64,000 nt of DNA, taken from assembly GCA_963823555.1 (NCBI GenBank), contig CAWGMA010000004.1, forward strand, positions 224,001 to 288,000, read 5' to 3'. The notes under the pieces were generated by a model, which saw nothing but the letters and a program-made list of their open reading frames with translations, made no database searches and was not told where the DNA came from. The DNA is from Candidatus Eiseniibacteriota bacterium (GTDB lineage Bacteria; Eisenbacteria; RBG-16-71-46; CAVPCR01). The position numbers were made by a program, and so were the translations under genes. Positions 1-13,797 of the stretch are shown piece after piece. The stretch's first letter is position 1. Every line of letters starts with the position of its first letter.

Positions 1-68
1 AGATGGGCCTACCGACCACACATATATTAAACCATATGGCACGCGGCCAGATCAACGGGTCTGGCTCG

Positions 69-2903
<2,835 letters not shown>

Positions 2904-3061
2904 GCGTTGGACCTGGTACTGCCGCTCGTCGGGGCTGATTAGGGGCTATGCGTTTGGGATCGCGGCGGCCGGGGCAGGGGTTCCGCCGCCTCCAGGACGG
3001 TCGAGCAGGCGGAGTTTCGCACCCCGCTCGCTCTCCGGCAAGTGCGAAGTAGGATAGTCAT

Positions 3062-3832
3062 TTAGCTGGTTTGAGAGGGAGGTGAGGACGGCGCGTGCGG
3101 TGTTCGCGGGAGCGATTCTCCGCGGGCGGTTGCCAGGGCGTAGGCGGCGATCCCGAAGGCCACGGCGACATTGAGCGAGCCCTTGAGGCCGCGCATGGGA
3201 AGGGCCAGCACCTGATCGGCGGCGGTGAGGAGGGCGGGCGAGATGCCGGCCACCTCGTGGCCCACCACAAGACAGATCCGCCCCTTGCTCGCGGCGCTCG
3301 CGAGCGGTACGGCGTGCGGGTGGTTCTCCAGGGCCAGCACCCGATAGCCCAGGGCCCGCACCCGGGCCACGGCCTCTTCCGGGTCGGCGATATGTTCCCA
3401 GGAGACGGCTTCCTCGGCGCCCAGCGCAGTCTTCGTGATCTCTGGGCGCGGCGGACGTCCGGTGATTCCGGCGAGGATCAGCCGGCCGATTCCAGCGCCG
3501 TCGGCGGTGCGGAAGATCGAGCCCACGTTCCACAGGCTGCGCACGTTCTCGAGGAGACCGATGAAGTCGAGGTCATGGCGGGCCCGGGCCGATGCAATTT
3601 CATCCGGTGAGGCGCCGGTCATTGCGCCCGCGACCCGGGCGTGTCCTGCCGTGGCCTCCGCGATCCGGCGCCGCAGGCGTTCCGCCTCGTGCCGCCGGGC
3701 GGTGGCTGAGTCCATGGCGACCAGGGCGCGGCCGCAGCCCGGGCAGAAGATGCGCCGTCCATGGCGCGAGGCGGGCACGACGAACAATCGCCCGCAATCG
3801 GGGAAGGGGCAGGTCTGGGCGAGGTCTTCCAT
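3062..3832 (-). CDS. TrmH/SpoU family RNA methyltransferase with N-terminal Zn-ribbon
   Basis: NVRSLWNVGSIFRTADG, LVVGHEVAGI, LPMRGLKGSLNVAVA SPOUT motifs; N-terminal CPFPDC...CPGC. Confidence 0.9.
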   Translation of the reverse strand: MEDLAQTCPFPDCGRLFVVPASRHGRRIFCPGCGRALVAMDSATARRHEAERLRRRIAEATAGHARVAGAMTGASPDEIASARARHDLDFIGLLENVRSLWNVGSIFRTADGAGIGRLILAGITGRPPRPEITKTALGAEEAVSWEHIADPEEAVARVRALGYRVLALENHPHAVPLASAASKGRICLVVGHEVAGISPALLTAADQVLALPMRGLKGSLNVAVAFGIAAYALATARGESLPRTPHAPSSPPSQTS

Positions 3833-3860
3833 CTTCGGCGCAGGAGCGTGACCTGCTGTC

Positions 3861-5477
<1,617 letters not shown>

Positions 5478-5653
5478 GCTTCCCTCCCGGTTAGCGCACC
5501 CTGCGCTCGGTGTGTATTGTGCCACAGGTTCCGGCTGATCGTGGTGGCCGGGAATAGTCCCTTGGATGCCCGCCCATCGTGGCCCTATACTGCCGCGATG
5601 CCGATGTTGCGACCGGATGCGAAGGCGGCGAGGAGACCTGGAAGAGGGAGGCG

Positions 5654-7090
5654 GTGATCGTTCGGAGCAGGCGAGCGCCAAGGCAGTGGATTCCAGCGAG
5701 AAGCGCCGGGCCGGGCGCTGCAAATCGTGGCCGGGTGTCGCTCACCGGGCTCCTACTCCTTGCCGCTGTTCTGTCACCGCTTGCGGTCCGGGCTCAGGAC
5801 GGGCACTACTGGTCGAACCAGTACGGGACGCGCGCCGAGCTCCTTGGCGGCGCGGTCGTCGGCAGCATCATCGATCTCAGCTCGAGCTACTACAATCCGG
5901 GTGCCCTGGCCATCATGCCGGATCCGTCGGTGCTCCTGAGCGGCCAGGCCCTCGCACAGGAGAAGATCACCGTCCGCGATTCCACCGGGGCCGATACCGG
6001 TCTCGACCAGCACACGTTCGGGTCGGCACCTCGGCTCTTTGCGACGCTCGTTCCCCTGAGTGATCAGATCTTCGCCTTCTCCGTGCTGACCCGCCAGGAC
6101 TTCTCGCTCAACACTCATTCGTTCTCTTCCATCCAGTTGCAGCTGCCCAGCGGTCCCGAGCCGGGCACAAGCGAGTACTACATCGATCAGGACCTCAGCG
6201 AGACCTGGATCGGCATCACCTGGGCGCGACGACTGCGTGAGGAGATGGGATTCGGCATCACCCCTTACATGGCGGTTCGCAGCAATCGAGTGCGCCATCA
6301 GCGGCTGGCCGGCGCCATGGACGAGGGGGGGGAGGCCGCAGCCCTGGCCGTGGTCGATTACTACCAGTACACTCACTATCGCCTGCTATTCAAGGCCGGC
6401 CTGACCTGGAAGAGCCCGACCTGGACGGCGGGACTCACGATCACGACTCCCAGCCTCGGCCTGGGCTTCTTGAGCGGTGGCGAGGCGGAATATACCCGGA
6501 CGGTGGTGGGGGTGGATCTGGACGCGGACGGCAGTGCCGACAATGTCGTGGCCGAGGGCCAGTCCGGTGATGTCGATTCCGACTATCGTTCCCCGCTCTC
6601 GATCGCTGTCGGGTTCTCCATTCCGATCGATGCGAACACGATTCATGTGAGCGCGGAGTGGTTCAACGGGGTGGATCGGTATTCCGTGCTGGAGGGGGCC
6701 AGAATCGGCGGCGACCACGGTCTCACGCTCGAGCAGCGCCTGCAGCAGGAGCTCCGCAGCATCGTCAACATCGGTGTGGGGTTCGAGCGTGTCCTGCGCC
6801 AGGATCTCAACGTGTTCGGGGCATTCACCAGCGATCTCTCGGCACTGCCCGACGACTTGCCGGCCGGCCAGCTGTCCGGGTGGAACCTCTATCACGTGAC
6901 CGGGGGGGCGGCCTTCAATTTCCGGGGACTGGATCTTACGGGCGGGCTGGTCTACAGCTTCGGTGGGAAGGATGCCTACCCGCTGGTCGACAGTCCAACC
7001 TGGCAGCCCGCTCGCAGCTTCCAGAGAACCGAGTTCGAGGTGGCCTACTGGCGGCTCAAGTACGTCATCGGGTTTGCGTTCAACATCTGA
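5654..7090 (+). CDS. Outer-membrane beta-barrel, FadL/OmpP1-like
   Basis: Signal peptide ending VRA-Q; N-terminal plug-like motif LLGGA...YYNPGALA; alternating beta-strands; aromatic-rich C-terminus (IGFAFNI); GTG start after GAGGGAGG is an estimate. Confidence 0.65.
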   Translation: MIVRSRRAPRQWIPARSAGPGAANRGRVSLTGLLLLAAVLSPLAVRAQDGHYWSNQYGTRAELLGGAVVGSIIDLSSSYYNPGALAIMPDPSVLLSGQALAQEKITVRDSTGADTGLDQHTFGSAPRLFATLVPLSDQIFAFSVLTRQDFSLNTHSFSSIQLQLPSGPEPGTSEYYIDQDLSETWIGITWARRLREEMGFGITPYMAVRSNRVRHQRLAGAMDEGGEAAALAVVDYYQYTHYRLLFKAGLTWKSPTWTAGLTITTPSLGLGFLSGGEAEYTRTVVGVDLDADGSADNVVAEGQSGDVDSDYRSPLSIAVGFSIPIDANTIHVSAEWFNGVDRYSVLEGARIGGDHGLTLEQRLQQELRSIVNIGVGFERVLRQDLNVFGAFTSDLSALPDDLPAGQLSGWNLYHVTGGAAFNFRGLDLTGGLVYSFGGKDAYPLVDSPTWQPARSFQRTEFEVAYWRLKYVIGFAFNI

Positions 7091-7106
7091 AAGAAGGGCG
7101 GGACCG

Positions 7107-8516
7107 ATGAGGAAGATCGGATTGGTCGGCATGGTGGTTGCTCTCTTGCTCCTGCTTTCACCAGCAGGGGCCGGGGCCAACGAAGCGAGCGACTCGCCGG
7201 CCAGTCCTGCCGCCGTGGACTCGCTCGGCGCGGAGAAGTCCGGCGGGCGGCGCTTGCTCGTGATCTCACCGCCCCCCGAGCCAGATCCACGGGCGGTGGC
7301 GGCAGAAGGCAAGGTCGTGCGGAGCATTGCCATCACGGGCAACAACATCACCAAGGAGTACGTGATCATCCGCGAGCTGGAGCTCGAAGTCGGGGAGCCT
7401 TTCAGCGTCAAGACCATGAAAGAGGACATCACGCGTCTCGACAACCTCGGCATCTTCAGCTCGGTGACGATTCTTCCGAAAGACGCGGCGGATGGCGGCG
7501 TCGACCTGGAACTGGCCGTGCGCGAGATGCCGTGGATCATTCCCTATGTGGCGCTCAAGATCTCCGACCAGACGGGGGTCAGCATCGGTCCAGCGGCATC
7601 TTCCATGAACCTCGTCGGGCGCGACATCAGTCTCTCCGGCCGCGTGCTCTTCGGCGGCGCGACGACCTACCAGGTCATCATGGACTGGCCGTGGATCACC
7701 TGGAATCACCTGTCGCTCAATCTGGTTGCCGCTCACATCATCCGCGACGATGATGTGCGTGGCTTCCAGGAGACGAGCGATGAGATCTCGCCGTGGATCG
7801 GGACCTACCTCGGCCGTCACGGGCGCCTGCGTCTGGGCTATTCCTACTTCGGCATGAAATCGGATACGGACGGGATCACCCTGTCCTCGGACAATCGCGA
7901 TGCGTTCCACCGGCTGGGCGCCGGAATCGGCTTCGATACGCGTGACTCCTGGATCAACCCACACCGAGGATGGTTGACCGATCTTCAGCTGATGCGCACC
8001 GCTGGCGACAGCCGGTTCTGGACCACCGATCTCGACATCGTCCGCTATCAGCCGCTAGGGAAGAACACTCTCGTGCTGTCCGGGCTCGCCACCGGTCAGA
8101 GCGGCGACTTCGGCACCGATGTCCCCGTGTACCTCGATTACCTCATGGGCGGATCGAACTCCATTCGCGGCTACGAGATCGACGTGCTGGGAAGGGAGCT
8201 GTCGGGGAAGAACCAGCTCGTCACGACCTTCGAGTACCAGTATCTGCTCTGGGATGTGCGCGAGGTGCTCCTCTACGGCTTCGCGGTCACTCTGGGCGTC
8301 GAGCTGGCGGCCTTCGTGGATACCGGGATCGCCTGGAATGTCGCGGAGGAGTTCAACACCGACCGCTCACGAACCGGGTTCGGTTTCGGTATCCGCACGC
8401 TGGTGCCCGCGATCGGCGAGATTCGCTTCGATCTCGGTTTCAGCACGGATGGGGATGCGGTCTTCCATCTGGCGACCTGGCCGAAGATGGATGCCCAGCG
8501 CCAGCGGCTGCGCTAG
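7107..8516 (+). CDS. BamA/TamA (Omp85) family protein with a single POTRA domain
   Basis: Signal peptide; POTRA pattern IAITGNNITKEYVIIREL...RLDNLGIFSSV; Omp85 loop-6 motif GGSNSIRGY; GFGIR...IRFDLG. Confidence 0.88.
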   Translation: MRKIGLVGMVVALLLLLSPAGAGANEASDSPASPAAVDSLGAEKSGGRRLLVISPPPEPDPRAVAAEGKVVRSIAITGNNITKEYVIIRELELEVGEPFSVKTMKEDITRLDNLGIFSSVTILPKDAADGGVDLELAVREMPWIIPYVALKISDQTGVSIGPAASSMNLVGRDISLSGRVLFGGATTYQVIMDWPWITWNHLSLNLVAAHIIRDDDVRGFQETSDEISPWIGTYLGRHGRLRLGYSYFGMKSDTDGITLSSDNRDAFHRLGAGIGFDTRDSWINPHRGWLTDLQLMRTAGDSRFWTTDLDIVRYQPLGKNTLVLSGLATGQSGDFGTDVPVYLDYLMGGSNSIRGYEIDVLGRELSGKNQLVTTFEYQYLLWDVREVLLYGFAVTLGVELAAFVDTGIAWNVAEEFNTDRSRTGFGFGIRTLVPAIGEIRFDLGFSTDGDAVFHLATWPKMDAQRQRLR

Positions 8517-8634
8517 CGCCGCCGCGGAGCCGGTGCTGGACCCAGCCGCCGGGAGGCGATAGGGTTGTTTCCAGGTACCGGTGTTCCGCCGGTGCCGTCC
8601 CGAGTCCCGTCCCGGATCTCGAGGAGCGGGCGGC

Positions 8635-9912
8635 ATGGCTCTCGGTTCGATCACGCGCCGTGATTTCCTCACGAAAGCCGCCGGCTGCGGCCTGCTACTG
8701 GGTGGAGCGGGGTTCCTCTTGCCACCCATCCCTCGTTTCCTCGAGGAGTGGCTCCCGGCCCCCGCCGGCGCCGCCGAGCGGGTCTCGCTCGAGGAGATCC
8801 TCGGCACCGCCCCCGTCGCCCGCTACTGGACCTCGACCGCGGATCCCGGGGCCGCCTGCGTCTCCTGCCACACCGCGACCGACCTCAGAGCTCGCGGCTT
8901 CGTGAGTCCCGTCGTCGGGGTCCGGCATGACCACGCAGCCGCGCACGCCCGCTGCCAGCTCTGTGCTCGGGGCTGCGTTCTCTCCGAGGGCGAGCGCGGG
9001 GAGTGCAACGCGCGCATGGTGCACGATGGCGAGCTCAAGAGTCTCGTCTACGGGCGGCCAGTCGCGGTGCATGTCGATCCCATCGAGAAGAAGCCCTTCT
9101 TCCACTTCATGCCGGGGTCGGTTGCCTTCTCGCTGTCGACCACGGGGTGCCCGCTGCACTGCGAGTTCTGCCAGAACTGGGAGCTCTCACAGGCGCTCCC
9201 CGAGGACTACGGCGGGCGGTTCGTGCCTCCCGATCGGATCGCTGCCGCCGCGGTCGAACGCGCCACTCCGATCATTGCCTTCACGTACAACGAGCCCACC
9301 GTCTTCACGGAGTACCTGACCGACATCGCCCGCGCCGCGCGCCCGCTCGGGCTCAGGAGTGCGGTCGTGAGCTGCGGTTTCATGACCGAAGCGCCGCTTG
9401 CGGAGATGTGCGAGGTGCTGGATGCGATCAAGATCGACTTGAAGGGATTCAGCCCCGAGTTCTACCGCAAGGTGAGCCATGCCGAGATCGGGCCGGTGCT
9501 CCGGAGCTTGAAGCAGGTGGCGAAGAGCGGTCGGCATCTGGAGATCGTCAATCTGGTCGTGCCCACGCTCAACGACTCGGAGGAGATGCTGCGCGGGCTC
9601 GCCGAGTGGGTCGCCGGTGAATGCGGGCCGGACGTGCCCGTCCACTTCACACGGTTCCATCCCGATTACAAGCTTCTGAACCTGCCGCCGACCCCGGTGG
9701 CCACGCTCGAGCGGGCGCGTGCGATCGCGATGGAGCGGGGTATCCGATATGCCTATGTGGGAAATGTGCCTGGGCACCCGGGCAATCACACCTACTGCCC
9801 GGGCTGCGGCAAGACCGTCATCGAGCGCCGAGGTTTCCTCGTCGGTGAGATGCACCTTGAGAACGGTCAGTGCGCCTTCTGCAAGACGGCGATCGCCGGG
9901 ATCTGGTCGTAG
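8635..9912 (+). CDS. amrS: AmmeMemoRadiSam system radical SAM enzyme
   Basis: CQLCARGC..GECNAR, DPIEKKPFFHF, CPLHCEFCQN (CxxxCxxC), FTYNEP, HFTRFHPDYKL, YVGNV, CPGC..CAFC; N-terminal TRRDFL plus hydrophobic stretch. Confidence 0.93.
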   Translation: MALGSITRRDFLTKAAGCGLLLGGAGFLLPPIPRFLEEWLPAPAGAAERVSLEEILGTAPVARYWTSTADPGAACVSCHTATDLRARGFVSPVVGVRHDHAAAHARCQLCARGCVLSEGERGECNARMVHDGELKSLVYGRPVAVHVDPIEKKPFFHFMPGSVAFSLSTTGCPLHCEFCQNWELSQALPEDYGGRFVPPDRIAAAAVERATPIIAFTYNEPTVFTEYLTDIARAARPLGLRSAVVSCGFMTEAPLAEMCEVLDAIKIDLKGFSPEFYRKVSHAEIGPVLRSLKQVAKSGRHLEIVNLVVPTLNDSEEMLRGLAEWVAGECGPDVPVHFTRFHPDYKLLNLPPTPVATLERARAIAMERGIRYAYVGNVPGHPGNHTYCPGCGKTVIERRGFLVGEMHLENGQCAFCKTAIAGIWS

Positions 9913-9943
9913 CGGGTTAGGGCGCGACGCCTGCTCCAGCGCG

Positions 9944-11482
9944 GTGGTCCTGGGGTTTGCGTTCATCCTGGCCGGGCAGGCGGTCGCCGGCTCGCCGGCC
10001 GAACGCCCGGCGGCCGTGGCCGGCAAGTTCTATCCGGGGGACCGTGTCGTGCTCACGGCCGCAGTCGACGCCGCGATGGCCGCAGCGAGCGCGCCACCCG
10101 GCGAGCGCCCGGTGGCGCTCGTGGCGCCCCATGCCGGATACGTGTATTGCGGGGGCGTGCTGGCCGAGGCCTGGCGGCAGGCCCAGCCGCACCGCTATGA
10201 CCTGATCGTCCTTCTCGGCACCAATCACACGATTGCAGGGCTCGAGCAGGCTGCCGTGTGGACGGGTGGGGCCTGGCGGACGCCCCTCGGGGCGGCGGCC
10301 GTCGATGCCGGGGCCGCCGCAGCGCTCGTCGTGGCGGCCGGTTCCGATGCCACGACCGATCCTGCGCCGCATCGGCGCGAGCACTCGATCGAGATCCAGG
10401 TGCCCTTCGCCCAGCGACTCTTCCCCGGGGTCAAGATTCTCCCCGTCATCGTCGGTAGCGAGGACCCCGCCCGCTGCGAGCGCCTCGGCAAGACCCTGGC
10501 CGCGGTCGTCCGCGATCGTCGCGCTCTGATCGTGGCCTCGAGCGATCTCTCCCACTACCCGAGCCGGGCCGATGCCGAGGTCGTGGATCGCGCCGTTCTT
10601 GCCGCCGTCACGAGCCTCGACCCGGTCGCCGTCCAGAAGACGATCGACCGGGAGATGAGACGCGGCGTGCCCGGGCTTGGCACATGTGCCTGCGGCAAGG
10701 CGCCGATTCTTGTGGCAATGGTCGCGGCGCGCGAGCTCGGTGCCTCTCACGGCACGTTGATCCGCTATGCCAACTCGGGCGACGTTCCTCAGGGTGACCG
10801 GGACCGCGTTGTCGGGTACGGCGCCGTGGCGTTCACGGCTGGCGGAGCCTCGTGGAAGAGCGCGCCCCCGGCCGCCGGATCCGCGCCGAGCGCAGCGCTC
10901 CCGCCAGCCGACCGGCGCCATTTGCTCGCCGTGGCACGCGCAGCCATCGCGGCGGAACTCGGTGCGCCGCCGCTCGCTCTTGAGCCCTGCTATCCGGAAG
11001 TCGTGATCGAGCGTGGCGCGTTCGTCACGCTCGAGAAATCGGGTGAGCTTCGGGGGTGCATCGGACATCTGGCGGCAGACCGGCCGCTCTGCTCGGTCGT
11101 CGCGGAGATGGCGCTGCGGGCGGCATTCGCGGATCATCGCTTTCCACCCCTCGGTCCAGAGGAGCTGGATGCCATCGCGATCGAGATCTCGGTGCTCACG
11201 CCGGCAGAGCCGGTGAGCGGCCCGGAGGCGATCGTCGTCGGGCGCGATGGTGTCATCCTGAAGAAGGAAGGTCGCTCGGCCGTCTTCCTGCCGCAGGTCG
11301 CGATCGAGCAGGGTTGGGATCGCGACACCATGCTGTCGCATCTCGCCCGGAAGGCCGGACTGCCGGCCGACGCCTGGCGCGAGGGAGCGACGCTTCTCAC
11401 TTTTCAGGCCGAGGTCTTCGCCGAAGACGAAATGTCTCCGGCGACGCCCGCCGCCGGTGAGAAGCCCGGGCCGCGCTCATGA
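9944..11482 (+). CDS. amrB: AmmeMemoRadiSam protein B (Memo-like) fused to protein A (AMMECR1-like)
   Basis: Memo motifs RPAAVAGKFYP, PHAGYVYCG, EHSIEIQVPF, SSDLSHY, VVGYGA; AMMECR1 motifs GAFVTL, LRGCIG, EISVL, LPQVA, KAG; start uncertain. Confidence 0.9.
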   Translation: MVLGFAFILAGQAVAGSPAERPAAVAGKFYPGDRVVLTAAVDAAMAAASAPPGERPVALVAPHAGYVYCGGVLAEAWRQAQPHRYDLIVLLGTNHTIAGLEQAAVWTGGAWRTPLGAAAVDAGAAAALVVAAGSDATTDPAPHRREHSIEIQVPFAQRLFPGVKILPVIVGSEDPARCERLGKTLAAVVRDRRALIVASSDLSHYPSRADAEVVDRAVLAAVTSLDPVAVQKTIDREMRRGVPGLGTCACGKAPILVAMVAARELGASHGTLIRYANSGDVPQGDRDRVVGYGAVAFTAGGASWKSAPPAAGSAPSAALPPADRRHLLAVARAAIAAELGAPPLALEPCYPEVVIERGAFVTLEKSGELRGCIGHLAADRPLCSVVAEMALRAAFADHRFPPLGPEELDAIAIEISVLTPAEPVSGPEAIVVGRDGVILKKEGRSAVFLPQVAIEQGWDRDTMLSHLARKAGLPADAWREGATLLTFQAEVFAEDEMSPATPAAGEKPGPRS

Positions 11483-11498
11483 TGGGCGAGTCGGGTCG

Positions 11499-13634
11499 AT
11501 GACGCTCGCGCTGCTGGCGATCGGCTTCATCTCGCTCCTGGCGCAAGTGGTCCTCCTCCGCGAGCTCAATGTTCTCTTCCAGGGCAGCGAGCTCAACATG
11601 GTGCTCGCGCTCGGCGTCTGGCTCCTGGGCACCGCGCTGGGAGCCGCTCATGCTGGCGGGAGTTCGGGCGCGGTCGATTCGGCAGGGAAGGAGCTTCCGG
11701 CAGGGCGGCGAGCAGCGATCGGGAGCGCCTTCCTCGCCGCGGCCTTTCTCATTCCCCTCGCCGTCATCTGGACCCGCGGTGCGCGACATGTGTTCGGCGG
11801 CGTGCCCGGCGCCTATCTGCCATTCCCCCGCCAGTTGCTCGCCACGGCGGTCGCGCTGATCCCGGTGTCCTTCACCTTGGGACTCCTGTTCCGGCTGGCA
11901 GCGTGCCGGGCCGTTGCGGGGGGGCGCACACTGGCGGCCGCCTACGCGATCGAGTGCGTGGGCGCGCTCCTGGGCGGCGGCGCGGCCACGCTCTTCCTCC
12001 GCGCCGGCGTTTCGAACCTGAGCGCGGCGCTGGGAGCTGCGCTCTTCGCTGCGGCCATGGTCCAACCACGACGGCGGCTCGGCCTGGTCTCGGGGGGAGC
12101 GCTACTGGCCGCGCTCGTGCTGGCGCCGGCTCTCGATCGGGGGATGACCGCTTGGGACTACCCGCACCTGATGGCCACGCGGGATTCTCCCTACGGGCGG
12201 GTCACGATCACGGCCTGGGGCGACCAGATCAATGTCTTCGAGAACGGTTCCCTGGCCTACGAGACCGGAGGAACGGCGGCCGAGGAGTTCGTCGCGTTCG
12301 CTGCCCTCGCGCATCCAGCGCCGCGGCGAGTGCTGATCCTGGGTGGGGGTACAGCCGGTATCGTGAACCAGGTGCTCGCCCACGGCCCGGCCGAGATCGT
12401 GAGCGTCGAGACCGACCGCGTGATCACGGCCACCATCGCCGGGCACCTTCCAGCCGACATGCGCGAAGGGCTTTCCTCGCCGCGTGTGCAGCTCGTCCAT
12501 GACGATCCCCGCCGCTACCTGATGCAGTCGAGTCGTGGTGCGGATCTCATCCTGGTAGGCATGCCGGAGCCGTCATCGGGGCAGACGAACCGGTATTACA
12601 CCCAGGAGTTCTTTGCCGAGTGCGCCGCGCGCTTGAATGCGCGCGGTGTCCTGGCCTTCCGGCTGCCGGGAGCCGAGAACTGGTGGTCACCGCCTCTGGT
12701 TGCCCGTCTGGCGAGTATCGAACGAGCGCTGGGGGCGGTCTTCACCGATGTACTGGTCCTTCCCGGCTCTGTGACCGTGGTCCTGGCCGCGATGGAACCG
12801 ATTTCCCGGGATCCAGCCGTGATGGCGACCCGATTGGTCGAGCGGGGGGTGTCTACACGTCTCGTGACGCCGGCCTATCTGCGATACGTGCTGACCAACG
12901 AACGGCGGGACGAGGTCGCGGCCCTGGTGGCGGCCGCCCAGGTGCCGACCAATCGCGATGCCCATCCAGCGTGCTATCGCTACACCCTGGCACTCTGGCT
13001 CTCCAAGTTCTATCCGGCGGTTGCGCGGTTCGAAGCGACGGACAGGATCGGCTGGCGCGCGGCCGGTGTGGGAGCCCTGGTGCTCGTTCTCCTGTGGTTC
13101 TGGACCCGGCGTCACCCGAGCGCGCGCCTGGCGGTCGTCGTGGCTGCTGCGGGCGGAATCGGCCTGGTGCTCGAGTCCATCCTGCTCCTGGCCTATCAGG
13201 CCCGTCGCGGTGTCCTCTATCAGGATCTGGGTCTCCTCCTCATGCTCTTCATGGCTGGACTGGCGCTCGGCGCCGCGACCGTGGCGCGGCTGGGACGAGG
13301 GGGCGAGGGCCCGAGGAGTCTCGTGCTCCTCGGCGGTCTTGCTGCCCTGAGCATGGCGCTCGCCATCAGGCTCGACCTCGGTGCCGGTCCAGGAAGGCTC
13401 GAAACCGGCGTGTGGCTCGTGGCTGCGGGCGCCGCGAGCGCCGGCGTGTTTGCGCAGGCCAGCCGTCTGGCGAGTGATGCGTTGCGCGCGGTCGGTCCAC
13501 TCTACGCGGCCGATGTGGCCGGGGGGTGTGTGGGTTCGCTGGCGGCGAGCTTGCTGCTCGTTCCTTTCGCGGGCCTCACGGTTGCGGCCCTCGTCATGGC
13601 GGCTCTCGCAGCCGTGACCGTGTTGTGGTGGTGA
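11499..13634 (+). CDS. Multi-pass membrane protein with spermidine-synthase-like (class I SAM) domain
   Basis: TM blocks at both ends; SPYGRV, VLILGGG, VETD, DPRRYL, NRYYTQEFF; LYAADVAG. Confidence 0.82.
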   Translation: MTLALLAIGFISLLAQVVLLRELNVLFQGSELNMVLALGVWLLGTALGAAHAGGSSGAVDSAGKELPAGRRAAIGSAFLAAAFLIPLAVIWTRGARHVFGGVPGAYLPFPRQLLATAVALIPVSFTLGLLFRLAACRAVAGGRTLAAAYAIECVGALLGGGAATLFLRAGVSNLSAALGAALFAAAMVQPRRRLGLVSGGALLAALVLAPALDRGMTAWDYPHLMATRDSPYGRVTITAWGDQINVFENGSLAYETGGTAAEEFVAFAALAHPAPRRVLILGGGTAGIVNQVLAHGPAEIVSVETDRVITATIAGHLPADMREGLSSPRVQLVHDDPRRYLMQSSRGADLILVGMPEPSSGQTNRYYTQEFFAECAARLNARGVLAFRLPGAENWWSPPLVARLASIERALGAVFTDVLVLPGSVTVVLAAMEPISRDPAVMATRLVERGVSTRLVTPAYLRYVLTNERRDEVAALVAAAQVPTNRDAHPACYRYTLALWLSKFYPAVARFEATDRIGWRAAGVGALVLVLLWFWTRRHPSARLAVVVAAAGGIGLVLESILLLAYQARRGVLYQDLGLLLMLFMAGLALGAATVARLGRGGEGPRSLVLLGGLAALSMALAIRLDLGAGPGRLETGVWLVAAGAASAGVFAQASRLASDALRAVGPLYAADVAGGCVGSLAASLLLVPFAGLTVAALVMAALAAVTVLWW

Positions 13635-13797
13635 GTGGTGTTGGAGCGAGCTCTCATGGGCAACACCTGGCCCGCGATATGGTATCTTCACGGACCGCTG
13701 TCCCGTTGTAGGGGAGGATCGTCGATGGCCATCGCCGCTTCCCGACCACGCTCGGTCTCTTGCCATTCGCGGCTCCGCGAAGAGCTGGAAGTCTGAC

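Noticed and set aside
5478..5723. N-terminal extensions given by the ORF track for the amidase and several other genes (sigma factor, 2Fe-2S subunit, rhodanese, AmrBA, LuxR)
   Set aside because: They overlap neighbouring genes; downstream starts fit RBS, signal peptide or domain boundaries better
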